Assembly: GCA_044221725.1 (NCBI GenBank)
Contig: JBGAON010000001.1
Location: 256,001 to 320,000, forward strand
Direction of reading: 5' to 3'
DNA length: 64,000 nucleotides
DNA from: Elusimicrobiota bacterium
GTDB taxonomy: Bacteria > Elusimicrobiota > Elusimicrobia > F11
Part shown: one piece after another, positions 44,843 through 54,970 of the stretch
Layout of the letters: the number at the start of each line of letters is the position of its first letter
How positions within the stretch are numbered: position 1 is the stretch's first letter
The notes under the pieces: generated by a model
What the model was told of the DNA's origin: nothing
Seen by the model: only the letters and a program-made list of their open reading frames with translations
Databases searched by the model: none
Position numbers and translations under genes: made by a program

Positions 44843-45655
44843 GTGAAAACCGATCCGAAACTTCCAATAGGAGTCTTTGATTCCGGCCTTGGCGGACTCA
44901 CCGTTGTCCGCGAATTGTCCAAGCGTCTCCCGCACGAGGATTTAATTTATGTGGGCGACACGGCACGCGTTCCGTACGGAACCAAGTCGGCGGAGACGAT
45001 TCGTCGTTATTCGCTCCAAATTTCATTTTTCCTTCTGCAGCGTCACGTGAAGATGATTGTGGTGGCCTGCAACACGTCGAGCGCTTTGGCGCTGCGTTCG
45101 CTCCAGAATTTGCCGATTCCGGTTGTCGGCGTGATCGACCCGGGCGCGCGAGCGGCCGTGAGCACAACCAACTCGTTTCGGGTTGGCGTCATTGGAACGC
45201 CGGCGACGGTTTCGAGTCACGCGTATCGGAGCGCGATTCAAAAGTATGCACCGAGAACGAAAGTATGGGAGGCCGCTTGTCCTCTGTTTGTTCCGCTCGT
45301 CGAAGAGGGATGGTTGCGCGACGATGTCACCACACAAGTTGCGAAAACGTATTTAAAACCGGTGCTCAAAAACAATATCGACACGCTTGTGCTCGGCTGC
45401 ACGCATTACCCGCTTCTCAAAGATACGTTGCAGTCCGTCGCGGGGCACCACGTGAGATTAATTGACTCGGCCGAAGAAACAGCGAAAGAAGTGGACGAAC
45501 GGCTCACGAAGCTGGGCCAGAAAAATACGTCCGCAAAAAAGGGACGCGGCACTTTTTATGTAACCGATAACACCGCTTCGTTTTCTCGGCTCAGCAGTCA
45601 ATTTCTCGGGAGCGGCACCGCCCCCGCCAAACGATTACGCCTGGAAAGTGTTTAG
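44843..45655 (+). CDS. murI: Glutamate racemase
   Basis: IGVFDSGLGGL, VPYG, VACNTSS and LGCTHYP motifs. Confidence 0.95.
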   Translation: MKTDPKLPIGVFDSGLGGLTVVRELSKRLPHEDLIYVGDTARVPYGTKSAETIRRYSLQISFFLLQRHVKMIVVACNTSSALALRSLQNLPIPVVGVIDPGARAAVSTTNSFRVGVIGTPATVSSHAYRSAIQKYAPRTKVWEAACPLFVPLVEEGWLRDDVTTQVAKTYLKPVLKNNIDTLVLGCTHYPLLKDTLQSVAGHHVRLIDSAEETAKEVDERLTKLGQKNTSAKKGRGTFYVTDNTASFSRLSSQFLGSGTAPAKRLRLESV

Positions 45656-45657
45656 CG

Positions 45658-46323
45658 ATGAAAGCTGTTGTGTTGCTGTCGGGCGGGCTCGATTCCACGG
45701 TCGGTTTGTGGTGGGCGCTTAAAAAAGGATTCCGCTGCCGCGCCATTTCGTTCGATTATGGGCAACGGCACCGTCGCGAATTAAATAACGCTCGGCTGGT
45801 TGCAAAGCGCGCGCGGGTACGATTGGATGTTATCCGGTTTCGGCTGCCATGGAGCGGGTCGAGTCTCACGGACGCGAGCGCGGTTCTGCCGCATCGTCGC
45901 GCTGAGAAAATTCCGAAAGAAATTCCTTCCACGTATGTTCCGGGTCGCAATACGCTCTTTTTAAGTTTTGCGATGTCGCTCGCCGATCAGATCGATGCCG
46001 AAGCGATTGTGATTGGTGCAAACGCCATCGATTATTCCGGTTATCCCGATTGCCGCGAGCCGTACTTGAAAGCGTTTGAAAAGGTAGCGACATTGGGAAG
46101 CCGTCTTGGTGCAGAGAAACGCCGTCGCATTGCCATCCATGCGCCGCTTATTCATCTCACGAAGGCGGAAATTGTTCGGCTCGGAAAAAAATTGAACGCG
46201 CCGCTCGAACTGACGTGGTCGTGTTACGCGGGCGGTCGCCGCCCCTGCGGAAAATGTGATTCGTGCGTGCTCCGCGCCAAAGGTTTTCTTGAAGCGGGTT
46301 TCGTCGATGCGGCGCTCAAATGA
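45658..46323 (+). CDS. queC: 7-cyano-7-deazaguanine synthase
   Basis: SGGLDS, YGQRH, TYVPGRN, YPDCR and TWSCY...CGKCDSC motifs. Confidence 0.95.
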   Translation: MKAVVLLSGGLDSTVGLWWALKKGFRCRAISFDYGQRHRRELNNARLVAKRARVRLDVIRFRLPWSGSSLTDASAVLPHRRAEKIPKEIPSTYVPGRNTLFLSFAMSLADQIDAEAIVIGANAIDYSGYPDCREPYLKAFEKVATLGSRLGAEKRRRIAIHAPLIHLTKAEIVRLGKKLNAPLELTWSCYAGGRRPCGKCDSCVLRAKGFLEAGFVDAALK

Positions 46324-47024
46324 CAACGCGGCCCGCGGCTTTTATCAGTGAGATTTACGCAAGCGTTCAAGGCGAAGGTCCGTTCACTGGGGAGCGTCAA
46401 ATTTTTGTGCGATTTGCCGGTTGTCCGTTGCGATGCCGCTATTGCGATACGCTCGACAGTTTAACGATCAAGGGCCACGGTCGTATGCCTCTCGAACACG
46501 TTTTCGCAAAGATTGTGAGTTTGCGCCGGATTTCGAAAGCGGCCACTGTTAGCGTAACCGGCGGCGAACCATTGGTGCAGCCATTTTTTGTGAGGGATCT
46601 CTTCCGGAAATTAAAAAAGGCGGGCTTCAAAACGTATTTGGAGACGGCCGGTGTGCATCCGGATGCTTTGCGCCGTGTCGTTCGGGACGTGGACGTGATT
46701 GCGATGGATATTAAATTGCCGAGTTCGACTGGAAAATCATTTTGGGACGAACATCGGGAGTTCTTAAAGCTCGGCGGCAGAAAAATTTTCGTGAAGGTCG
46801 TGATTGAGAGCCGGTCGCGTTTGTCGGAACTCGAGAAAGCAATCGATCTCCTTGCCAAAAATTCAAAGAAGTCGTTGCTCGTTCTGCAACCGGTGACGCC
46901 GATCAAAGGGCAAGTTGAAGGCGCGAATCCGGACATCATCGCCGAAGCGTACGCGCTCGCGTCGCGAAAGTTACCTCGCGTGCTCGTATTGCCGCAGCAG
47001 CATAAGCTGTGGGGCGTGCGTTGA
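46320..47024 (+). CDS. queE: 7-carboxy-7-deazaguanine synthase (radical SAM)
   Basis: SVQGEG, FVRFAGCPLRCRYCDT, TGGEP and PQQHK motifs. Confidence 0.92.
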   Translation: MTTRPAAFISEIYASVQGEGPFTGERQIFVRFAGCPLRCRYCDTLDSLTIKGHGRMPLEHVFAKIVSLRRISKAATVSVTGGEPLVQPFFVRDLFRKLKKAGFKTYLETAGVHPDALRRVVRDVDVIAMDIKLPSSTGKSFWDEHREFLKLGGRKIFVKVVIESRSRLSELEKAIDLLAKNSKKSLLVLQPVTPIKGQVEGANPDIIAEAYALASRKLPRVLVLPQQHKLWGVR

Positions 47025-47818
47025 GCAAGCCCACGTTCTGTTTGCTCACGGATTTCGGACTCACCGATCATTATGTCGGTGTCATGAAAGGCGCGATTTT
47101 GTCTTTGCTGCCCGACGCACAGATCGTGGATCTCACTCATAACGTTCTCGCTCAAAATATCCGGGTGGGAGCGTTTGAACTTTTGGCCGGATACAAATTT
47201 CAGCCGAAGGGAACCTGTTTTGTGTGCGTGGTGGACCCTGGCGTTGGTACCGATCGTTCGATTCTGTACGCGGAAGCCGGAGATTGGAAGTTTATCGCTC
47301 CCGACAACGGGCTTCTTTCGTGGGTTTTTAATGAGACCAAACCGGCAGAGCTTTTGAAGATTGACGTATCGAAATTCGGCGACAGTATTAGTGCCACCTT
47401 TCATGGCCGCGATGTAATGGCGCCGCTCGCAGCGCGAATTTTAAAAGGGGAAAGCCCTCGTAATTTTGGAAAGCCGGCATCTTCTTTTAAAAAGATTCCG
47501 TTTCCATCGGTCAGGAAAAGTGGCGCGCAGTGGCTCGGGGAAGTATTGGTCGTCGATGCGTTTGGAAATGTGGTGACGAATTTTCGAGCATCCGAAGTTC
47601 GCCCGCTCGCGAAAGCGTCGACGATGTGGATAAAATTCGAAGTGGCAAAGGCCACGGTTCGAGGATTGTCGCGGACGTACAGCGATGGTGAGGGCGGAAA
47701 ACTTATGGCGCTCGAAGGTTCAAGTGGATTTATTGAGATTGCCATCAATCAAGGCAATGCCTCGGAAAAAACAAAGCTCGTGGCGGGTGATAAAGTGACC
47801 ATCCACTTTCGTCCCTAA
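47021..47818 (+). CDS. SAM hydrolase/SAM-dependent halogenase family (DUF62)
   Basis: LLTDFG..D.YVG.MKG, VVDPGVGT.R, APDNG, SATFHGRD and DAFGNVVTN motifs. Confidence 0.9.
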   Translation: MSKPTFCLLTDFGLTDHYVGVMKGAILSLLPDAQIVDLTHNVLAQNIRVGAFELLAGYKFQPKGTCFVCVVDPGVGTDRSILYAEAGDWKFIAPDNGLLSWVFNETKPAELLKIDVSKFGDSISATFHGRDVMAPLAARILKGESPRNFGKPASSFKKIPFPSVRKSGAQWLGEVLVVDAFGNVVTNFRASEVRPLAKASTMWIKFEVAKATVRGLSRTYSDGEGGKLMALEGSSGFIEIAINQGNASEKTKLVAGDKVTIHFRP

Positions 47819-49461
47819 TGGGTCACTCGCAACGCGTTTGGGCGACGCGCCTTTTAATTTTTCTCGTCCCTCTGCTTTTAGCGGCGCCTTTTCTTGATCG
47901 CGCTTATTTTGTGGATGATAGTTACTTTGTCGAAATTGCGACGTGGCTTGAGACTCATCCGCAGCTTCCTTATCACTTCCGCGCCGACGACGCGGGCCTT
48001 CAGAACCGCGGGTGGGAAGAAAATGGTTTTGTGCGCATGGTGAATCCGCTCGTTCATCATTATTATCTGGCGTTCATCATGAAGCTGGGCGGCGCAAACG
48101 AACGGGCCCTGCGTTTCGGATGCGTGTTGCTCGGCTGTTTCTCGGCGCTTTTTATTTTTGGGCTCGCCCGACGTCTGACGGAAAACCCCCTTCTCGCCAC
48201 GTTGCTGACGCTCGTCACGCCCGCCATGTGGCTCACGTCCTACAGTTTGCTGATTGACTCCACCATGGTCTTCTTTGCGTTTGGTGCACTGTATTTCTTT
48301 GTTCGCGCCACCGAATCCCTAGTCCCAAAAGCAATTTTTCATTTGCTGGCCAGCGGCGTGTTTTGTGGCCTCGCGATCCTTTCCAAATACCCGGCAATTT
48401 TTGTGGTGCCTCTCATGCTGGTGTGGCTTCTGTTGCGCCGAAAAAAATTGCCTCAACCTTGGTTGCACGTGCTGCCAATCGTTCTCGGAATTCTATTTTT
48501 GCTTCTTTATAGCGTGTGGACAGCGCGCTTGTACGGACGGCCGCATATCTTAGCGGCCTCGGCTCGCATGGTGCATGTGTTTGGATGGGCTAAGTTTTTT
48601 ATTTTCTTTGTTTTTCTTTCGGGTGCGCTCTTGGTTCCGCTTTTTTCATGGATTGTTGCACCGTTTCGTACGCGTGTGCTCATGATCACGATGATCGTGC
48701 TGGCAACATTTCTTCTTGCGAGTCGGTGGGGCGGTTTTTCGGTGCTCCAGGGGTTTCTGCTCGGACTTTGGCTGGTCACGAGTTTTCTTTTTGTCGGAAT
48801 GTTTGCCGACCTTTATAAACGCTGGGTTTACCCACGCGATCATTTTTTGGCGGTGTGGCTTGTCGGTTTTATCGCGATGATGTTGCTGATTATGGATTGG
48901 GTGGCCGCGCGATACTATTGTCTGGTTGCTCCGGCGGTCGTGTTCGTGGTTGTTCGTACGCTTGAAATTCATTTCCGGGAGCGAGCCATCGCGTTGTTGC
49001 GCCTGCTCATCGGCTTCGTCTGTGTTGCATCGGCGGCCTTGGCGTACGCCGATTACAAGCAGGCGGCGCCATCACGCGCGCTCGTGAGCGAACTCCAGCA
49101 GAAAGGTTTCTCCGGTGGGCCGCGGCATTTCTTTTTGGGCGATTCGTTTACGATGAGTTATTTGAAACAACAAGGGTGGGTTCCGTGTTTTCCCGAAACG
49201 GAATTCCAGATAGGCGACTGGATTCTTTCAAAGGATGTTACGATGCCGCTCGTCTGGTTTGCGCGCAAACCGGTTGGCCTGCGAGAAATTGCTCGCTTTG
49301 AATATCCCTCTCGATTTCCGGTGAGGGTCATGGATTACACTGGTTCGGCGGGTTTTTACGCTTCGGTCTGGGGCGCATTGCCATTCACGTTCACGTCAGG
49401 CCCGTTGGAACGGTTTCATATTTATGAAGTGGTAGAGTTGAGATCCAATGTCCCTTCATAA
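47818..49461 (+). CDS. GT-C fold integral-membrane glycosyltransferase (ArnT/PMT-like), copy 1
   Basis: YFVDD acidic motif after TM1, NPL..YY, G...GLA.LSKY and ARY motifs, many TM helices. Confidence 0.8.
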   Translation: MGHSQRVWATRLLIFLVPLLLAAPFLDRAYFVDDSYFVEIATWLETHPQLPYHFRADDAGLQNRGWEENGFVRMVNPLVHHYYLAFIMKLGGANERALRFGCVLLGCFSALFIFGLARRLTENPLLATLLTLVTPAMWLTSYSLLIDSTMVFFAFGALYFFVRATESLVPKAIFHLLASGVFCGLAILSKYPAIFVVPLMLVWLLLRRKKLPQPWLHVLPIVLGILFLLLYSVWTARLYGRPHILAASARMVHVFGWAKFFIFFVFLSGALLVPLFSWIVAPFRTRVLMITMIVLATFLLASRWGGFSVLQGFLLGLWLVTSFLFVGMFADLYKRWVYPRDHFLAVWLVGFIAMMLLIMDWVAARYYCLVAPAVVFVVVRTLEIHFRERAIALLRLLIGFVCVASAALAYADYKQAAPSRALVSELQQKGFSGGPRHFFLGDSFTMSYLKQQGWVPCFPETEFQIGDWILSKDVTMPLVWFARKPVGLREIARFEYPSRFPVRVMDYTGSAGFYASVWGALPFTFTSGPLERFHIYEVVELRSNVPS

Positions 49462-51055
49462 ACAACGATTGCTCCTTTTTTTCGTCCCAATCATTCTCGC
49501 TCTCCCATTTTTGAATCGCGCTTATTTTGTGGACGATCACTTCTTTGTTCAGATTGCGCGGTGGATCAAAGACAACCCAACGCGGCCATACGATTTTCCG
49601 GACGAAAACTCGGCCACGGATTTTTCACTATCGAAACCAGACCTTTCGATGCGCATCGTTAATCCGCTGTTGCACCATTATTATATGGCCGCCATCATGA
49701 AGGTCGGCGGAGAGCGCGAATGGCTTTTGCGGCTTGGTTGCCTGTTGCTCAGTTGTTGTTCGGCGCTTGTTTTATTTGCGTTGGCTCGCCGGTGGGTTCA
49801 GCATGCGTTCTTGGCGACGCTGCTGATCCTGGTCACGCCGGTGCATTGGCTAACCTCGTACAGTTTGCTCATTGACCCAACGATGGCACTATTTTTCTTG
49901 ATGGCGCTTTACACGTTTGTACGAGCCAGCGAAAGCAATGCGCTTCTATGGCTTGTGGCAAGTGGTCTGTTTACGGGATTGGCGGCAGTCTCGAAGTATA
50001 CGGCGGTTCTTGTGCTGCCGGTGACGTGGGTTTGGCTTGGACTTCACTGGCGCGGTATTCAGCGGAAATTTCTGTTCGCTATTCCCACGCTTATTGGTGT
50101 GGGTATATTGGCGCTGTATGTCCATGCGACAAAAAATCTTTACGGCGTCGGCCATTTGTTTGGAGCGTCGCACGAAACGCTTCATGGCGTGACGGTTGGA
50201 AAGCTGCTCGTGTTAGCAGTGTTCTTGTCGGGTTCGACAATTGTGCCGCTGTTGGTATGGGCCAGTGTGGAGAAGCCTGTCGCGTCGTTTGCGGCGTTGC
50301 TTGTGCTCGCGGTGGTCGGATTTTTCGCGAGTTCGTTGGGCGGCTTTCATCACATTCAGGCCGTTCTTATGGGTATATGGACCGTTACCAGCGGTCTGCT
50401 CATAGTTTCCTTCGTGCGAAATGTTTTGCCTCAAAAGAAACCGACGGACCTTTTCTTGTTTCTTTGGCTGTTGGGGTTTCTTGTGATGATGAGCGTCGTC
50501 ATGCAATGGGTGGCCGCGCGCTATCTCATGATTGGTTTGCCGCCATTGGTTTTTTGTGTTGTGCGGTTGATTGAGACGACCCGCGCCTCCCGCGTGCGCG
50601 AATTTTTGATGGGCGGCATCGCGTTCACCGCTATCGTCGCGTTGAGCTTGGCGATCGCTGATGATCGTCAGGCGGAAACCGCGCGATCGATTGTGAAAGA
50701 GCTCCGCGCGCAAAACCTGTTAGAGAACCCGCGGAATCACTACTTCGCCGAAGCGTACACGATGACGTATCTCGCAAAAGAAGGTTGGAAACCCGTGAGC
50801 AACGTCCATCAATTGCGCCCGGGGGACCGGATCCTTACCACCGAAGTTAGTTTGCCGCTCTTCTGGTTTTTTCGGGAGCGTGTTCCCATGCGGCTCATCG
50901 GGACCGTCCAGATGCCGTCGCGTTTCCCGGTTCGCGTAATGGATTCTCAATCGGCGGCCGGTTTCTATGCATCGGCCTGGGGACCCTTACCGTTCAGCTT
51001 TTCAAAAGGTCCTTGGGAGCAATTTGATTTGTTTGAGATAATCCCGGCACCATGA
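49448..51055 (+). CDS. GT-C fold integral-membrane glycosyltransferase (ArnT/PMT-like), copy 2
   Basis: Collinear paralog of the upstream gene (RAYFVDD, WLTSYSLLID, WVAARY, SRFPVRVMD..SAGFYAS.WG.LPF). Confidence 0.8.
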   Translation: MSLHKQRLLLFFVPIILALPFLNRAYFVDDHFFVQIARWIKDNPTRPYDFPDENSATDFSLSKPDLSMRIVNPLLHHYYMAAIMKVGGEREWLLRLGCLLLSCCSALVLFALARRWVQHAFLATLLILVTPVHWLTSYSLLIDPTMALFFLMALYTFVRASESNALLWLVASGLFTGLAAVSKYTAVLVLPVTWVWLGLHWRGIQRKFLFAIPTLIGVGILALYVHATKNLYGVGHLFGASHETLHGVTVGKLLVLAVFLSGSTIVPLLVWASVEKPVASFAALLVLAVVGFFASSLGGFHHIQAVLMGIWTVTSGLLIVSFVRNVLPQKKPTDLFLFLWLLGFLVMMSVVMQWVAARYLMIGLPPLVFCVVRLIETTRASRVREFLMGGIAFTAIVALSLAIADDRQAETARSIVKELRAQNLLENPRNHYFAEAYTMTYLAKEGWKPVSNVHQLRPGDRILTTEVSLPLFWFFRERVPMRLIGTVQMPSRFPVRVMDSQSAAGFYASAWGPLPFSFSKGPWEQFDLFEIIPAP

Positions 51056-51411
51056 TAGCGCTCACCTTTCTCTTCTATTGGGTCCCCGTCGTCCTTTGGG
51101 CGGGTTTGATTTTTTACCTCTCGAGTATTCCCAGTTTGAATTCCGGATTGGGCGTTTGGGATTTCGTTCTTCGCAAATGCGCGCACGTCTTTGAATACGC
51201 GGTGCTTTCCTTTCTTTTGGCCCGCGCCCTGGGACGCAGCTTCGGGATAACACGAAAAGTCCTCGCGTGGACGGCGATGCTCGCGCTTTTGTACGCAGCG
51301 TCTGACGAATATCATCAGACGTTTGTTCCGGGTCGCGGTCCTTCGGTTCATGATGTGGTGATCGATTCAATCGGAATCGCGCTCGCCGTGTGGATAAAAT
51401 CGCGCGCATGA
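51052..51411 (+). CDS. VanZ-family membrane protein
   Basis: IFYLSS, RKCAHVFEYAVL and YAASDEYHQTFVPGR....DV.ID motifs. Confidence 0.9.
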   Translation: MIALTFLFYWVPVVLWAGLIFYLSSIPSLNSGLGVWDFVLRKCAHVFEYAVLSFLLARALGRSFGITRKVLAWTAMLALLYAASDEYHQTFVPGRGPSVHDVVIDSIGIALAVWIKSRA

Positions 51412-52274
51412 GAAATCGATTCGCTTTGACGTTGCTCGTTCTTTGCGCGTGCACGCCGAACCAACAATTTCATCGCGCTCAGAAACTTCAGAAAAAAGGA
51501 AACTATTATTCCGCGTGGCAAAAGTACCAGGAGTTTGCCGCGCGATATCCAAAAAACCCGCACGCGCCCGAAGCACTTTTCTATGCGGGTTGGATCGCGC
51601 AGCAACAGCGAAACGATTGTGGAATGGCCGGCGTGTTCTACGATCAAGTGGCCGAGCGTTATCCGCAGTCGGATCCGTGGGCACGGCTGGCCGCCCATGA
51701 AAAAAACAATTGTCCGGACTACTTTCCTTTGATGCCGGGGTTTAAGTGGGTCGAAGGCGATTCGGAAACGCAGGGCAAAAACGCACGCGTGGAAACGGTT
51801 TGCAAGTCCGCAGCGGGCGACGGTTCGTTGCCGTCCGAAGCTGGGATTTTGGAGCGCACTTATTTTGCTGGTACCGCAAAATTCAAATCAACGCAGTTGA
51901 TTTACAAGAAAAGCGGAGATGAGCTGCAAGAGTTCACCTCCGAAGACGATCCGCGGTACAAAGTTATTCTCAAAATTCCATCGCAGATGGGCGCGCATTG
52001 GAAAACGAAATGGGCCGAACGGATTTTTAATTACGAGATTGTTGCCGACGATAAGACGGTGAAAGTGGCGGCTGGAGAATTTCGTTCGTGTATTTTGGTT
52101 AAATCCACCGTCGACGGAGTACCGGGTGCCACGCTTGAATATTACGCGCCTTCGGTGGGCCGCATTTTAACGGCTTTTGCAACGCCCAGCGGAGAGAAAC
52201 GGAACACCGAGCTCTTGTCGTACAAACCCGCGGCAGCGGATATTGATTTTAAGGTGAAGACAAACAACCCATGA
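51408..52274 (+). CDS. Lipoprotein with N-terminal TPR and C-terminal beta-rich domain
   Basis: Lipobox LCAC; YQEFAARYPKNPHAPEALF; DYFPL..G..W, VKVAAGEF..C and YYAPSVG motifs. Confidence 0.7.
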   Translation: MRNRFALTLLVLCACTPNQQFHRAQKLQKKGNYYSAWQKYQEFAARYPKNPHAPEALFYAGWIAQQQRNDCGMAGVFYDQVAERYPQSDPWARLAAHEKNNCPDYFPLMPGFKWVEGDSETQGKNARVETVCKSAAGDGSLPSEAGILERTYFAGTAKFKSTQLIYKKSGDELQEFTSEDDPRYKVILKIPSQMGAHWKTKWAERIFNYEIVADDKTVKVAAGEFRSCILVKSTVDGVPGATLEYYAPSVGRILTAFATPSGEKRNTELLSYKPAAADIDFKVKTNNP

Positions 52275-53344
52275 GCCAACTCACATTTGATGGTTTTATC
52301 GGCGGCGCGCCCAGCAAAACGGCGGCGGCGGTGCCCGGCGGCCGATCCGTTGATGAAATAACGAACGGTTCCTGGTACAAGGGGCGCGTGTTGTCTCACT
52401 CATCGATCGGAATGTATCGAGCGTGCCCGCAGCGTTGGAAGCTGCGTTACATCGATAAAGTACCTGAAAAGCCGAAATCTTTTTTCTCGTTTGGGAAAAG
52501 TGTGCATGCCGGATTGGAATTCTTGTTTGAAAAAATTGGGGAAGCTCTGCCAACGCTCGATGACGTGCTCTCCCATTATAAAACCAACTGGTTGCGCGAA
52601 GGCTACGAGACCGGCGCGCAAGAAAAGTGGTTTTATCAAGAAGGGGAACGTATCTTGCGCGGCTTCTACGCCAAGCACCAGGCTGATTTCAAAAAAGTAT
52701 TCCAGGTTGAATTTAAATTCACAATCGGGATCGATGGCGTGCCGGTGACCGGATTTATCGACCGTATCGATAACGCCGTTAATGGTGGCCTAGCGATCGT
52801 GGACTACAAGACCGGAAAGGCTTTTGACAAGTCCCGTGTGCGGAACGATTCCCAAATGACGCTCTATCAGATTGCCTGTCGGGAAGTGTTTCAAAAACCC
52901 GTCGAAAGCGTGACGCTTTATCATTTGAATTCGCTCACGCCGTTGACGGTTCCTGCGCACTCGAAGAAAATGGAAGACGATTTGAAGACGATCGTTATCG
53001 AAACGGCGCGTGGGATTTCCGAACAGAAATTTGATCCAAAGCCCGATGAAAAAGGTCACTGTCAGTGGTGTGACTACGCGCAAATTTGCCCGGCGTTCTC
53101 GGGGAAGAAGTTCTCGGTTGGTTCCGCCGCGTTGCCGGTCGACGTGACCGATAACGTTGATCGGCTCGGTAAATTGGACGTCAAGATCACCGAACTTATG
53201 GCCGAGCGAGCGGAGGTGCAGCAAGACATTTCGACGGCGATGCGCGTCGCCGGAAAAGAAGAACTTTCTGGCCGTCACTTTGTCGCGCGCCAGGAAAAAA
53301 CGGACGACGGTCCGGCCCGGCTTTCCACTTTTCCGAAAGAATGA
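52271..53344 (+). CDS. PD-(D/E)XK RecB-like nuclease with predicted Fe-S cluster
   Basis: S.SSI..Y..CP, G...H, GFIDRID, IVDYKTG, Q...Y and CQWCDYAQIC motifs. Confidence 0.88.
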   Translation: MSQLTFDGFIGGAPSKTAAAVPGGRSVDEITNGSWYKGRVLSHSSIGMYRACPQRWKLRYIDKVPEKPKSFFSFGKSVHAGLEFLFEKIGEALPTLDDVLSHYKTNWLREGYETGAQEKWFYQEGERILRGFYAKHQADFKKVFQVEFKFTIGIDGVPVTGFIDRIDNAVNGGLAIVDYKTGKAFDKSRVRNDSQMTLYQIACREVFQKPVESVTLYHLNSLTPLTVPAHSKKMEDDLKTIVIETARGISEQKFDPKPDEKGHCQWCDYAQICPAFSGKKFSVGSAALPVDVTDNVDRLGKLDVKITELMAERAEVQQDISTAMRVAGKEELSGRHFVARQEKTDDGPARLSTFPKE

Positions 53345-53408
53345 AAATGTACACGGACGACTTGTGGCTTGAGGCAACGTCGCGCCCCATCCTCATCGGA
53401 GAACGAAT

Positions 53409-54887
53409 TTGAACCGCAAGTTGGTCATCGGTGTCGTCGCAACCGCGGTTATCGGTGCGTTGATGCTGCGCCAATGCGGAAAGCGCCAACCGGCACAACC
53501 GCGCTCGGTTGAAGTGGCTGAGACGCCTCCCGCGACAGCGACAACAACGACCGCCGGCCTAAAGGCTCCCTCGGCCACGGCGCTGCCCTCGTTACCTCCA
53601 ATTGTCTCGAAATCCAAGCCAACGCCCATCTCAAAACCGGCCCCGGTTGCGAAGGAAGGACCGGGCGCTGTTTCGACCCCGCCGCCCGTCAAGATTTTTC
53701 CAGAGTTGATTCCCAAAGACATTCGGATCGTGCGCGTGTATTACGCTTCGATGATCACCGGCCCAGCGAGCACGATTGAGTTTGATATCAACGGCTCGGG
53801 TTTCAACAAAGAGTTTGAAAAAATGATCACCGTCGAGTCCGGTCAACCGAACGCGTCGGTCAAAAATCTCGCTCTAATCACACCGAACCAAATTCACGGC
53901 ACGCTCGACATCAATGATAAATCCGCAACGATGCTCGCGTTTCCGAAAGTTCTTATTCAAGGCAAAGTTGTGTTCCAGGCCCCGGAACCTTTCGCGGTCA
54001 TTCGTCCGGGTGAAGTTCTCAATCTTGTCTTCACCGAAATGGGCGAGTCGGGTCGGTCCGGCCGATTCCGAGTGTTCACGAATCTCAATCAAGAAATGTT
54101 TAAGGATTTCAAAGTGACCGTGAGCACGCCATCAATTCGGGTGACCGATGTTTCACCGGCGTTCCCGTTTCTCGTCGACGGAACCATTATCATTGGACCC
54201 GCGGTGGGGGGCGATTACGACATCGCCATAACGTTGAAGGACAAAACATTATGGGAGCGCAAAGGCGTCATTCGTGTTGTTAAACCAAACGTTGGTCAAT
54301 CGGGGCTTATTCAAAAAGTAATGACGCTGGATGGCTATCAACGTCCGGGTGACAAGGTGCGGTTCGCGATTCAGGGCAGTGGTTTTCAACCCGACGATGT
54401 GCATATTCTTCAGGCAAAAGTGCCCGATGTGCCGAATGTTGTTAGCAGCTTCACTTATGTCAGTCCGGGACGATTGGAATTGGTGCTCGACATACCGAAA
54501 GATATTCCGGTCAAGTCCTACGCCCTCACCATTAGCGCCGGCCCAGAGATTCTGCAGAGTTTGCCGGACGCGTTTCGCGTGGTGGGGGCCAATTGGCCCC
54601 GCGATTTGCGGCTCAATCCGGCGCTCGAGCCGGGAGAGAAGAGCGTGTTATCTTTGACCGGCCGCGACTTCGACAAAGATTTCGTTTCGAAATTAAAAGT
54701 AGAGTTTGACGAGCCTGGGCTGACATTGGGGCAGTTCTCTGTTGTTAGTCCGCTCGAGGCATCCGCGGCAATATCGGCCAGTGCGGATGTGAAGCCCGGC
54801 GATTATCTTCTTCGGATAACCTCGGACGGGAAAGCGGTATCTCCCGAGTTTGGCAGCCTGATTCGCGTATCTCCCCCCAAAAAATAA
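53409..54887 (+). CDS. Membrane-anchored protein with Pro/Thr/Ala-rich stalk and about four Ig-like (IPT/TIG-type) repeats
   Basis: N-terminal TM; repeats with I.GSGF / LTGRDF and G.Y.I.I-type ends. Confidence 0.65.
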   Translation: MNRKLVIGVVATAVIGALMLRQCGKRQPAQPRSVEVAETPPATATTTTAGLKAPSATALPSLPPIVSKSKPTPISKPAPVAKEGPGAVSTPPPVKIFPELIPKDIRIVRVYYASMITGPASTIEFDINGSGFNKEFEKMITVESGQPNASVKNLALITPNQIHGTLDINDKSATMLAFPKVLIQGKVVFQAPEPFAVIRPGEVLNLVFTEMGESGRSGRFRVFTNLNQEMFKDFKVTVSTPSIRVTDVSPAFPFLVDGTIIIGPAVGGDYDIAITLKDKTLWERKGVIRVVKPNVGQSGLIQKVMTLDGYQRPGDKVRFAIQGSGFQPDDVHILQAKVPDVPNVVSSFTYVSPGRLELVLDIPKDIPVKSYALTISAGPEILQSLPDAFRVVGANWPRDLRLNPALEPGEKSVLSLTGRDFDKDFVSKLKVEFDEPGLTLGQFSVVSPLEASAAISASADVKPGDYLLRITSDGKAVSPEFGSLIRVSPPKK

Positions 54888-54970
54888 TTCCCATTTCCTA
54901 GCAGGCGAATCGGAAAAGTGCTCGACCGCTCCGTCGTGTTGCACCAGCAACGTGAATTCAGCTCACAATT

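Noticed and set aside
45658..47024. queC/queE as a 7-deazaguanine DNA-modification (Dpd) or Qat defence locus
   Set aside because: Both look canonical and lie among housekeeping genes, with no dpdA/tgt-like, ATPase or TatD partners nearby.
46439..47404. 321-aa minus-strand ORF (and similar long antisense ORFs, e.g. 60280-61116 and 61123-61869)
   Set aside because: These are shadows of well-supported genes or span the tRNA, and they have no recognisable motifs.
47021..47818. Fluorinase/chlorinase implying halometabolite synthesis
   Set aside because: The motifs and housekeeping context fit the widespread DUF62 SAM hydrolase; there is no biosynthetic cluster around it.
52271..53344. Cas4 / CRISPR-associated nuclease
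   Set aside because: It has a Cas4-like Cys pattern, but no cas1/cas2 and no repeat-spacer array were seen in the window; a stand-alone RecB-like nuclease is the simpler call.
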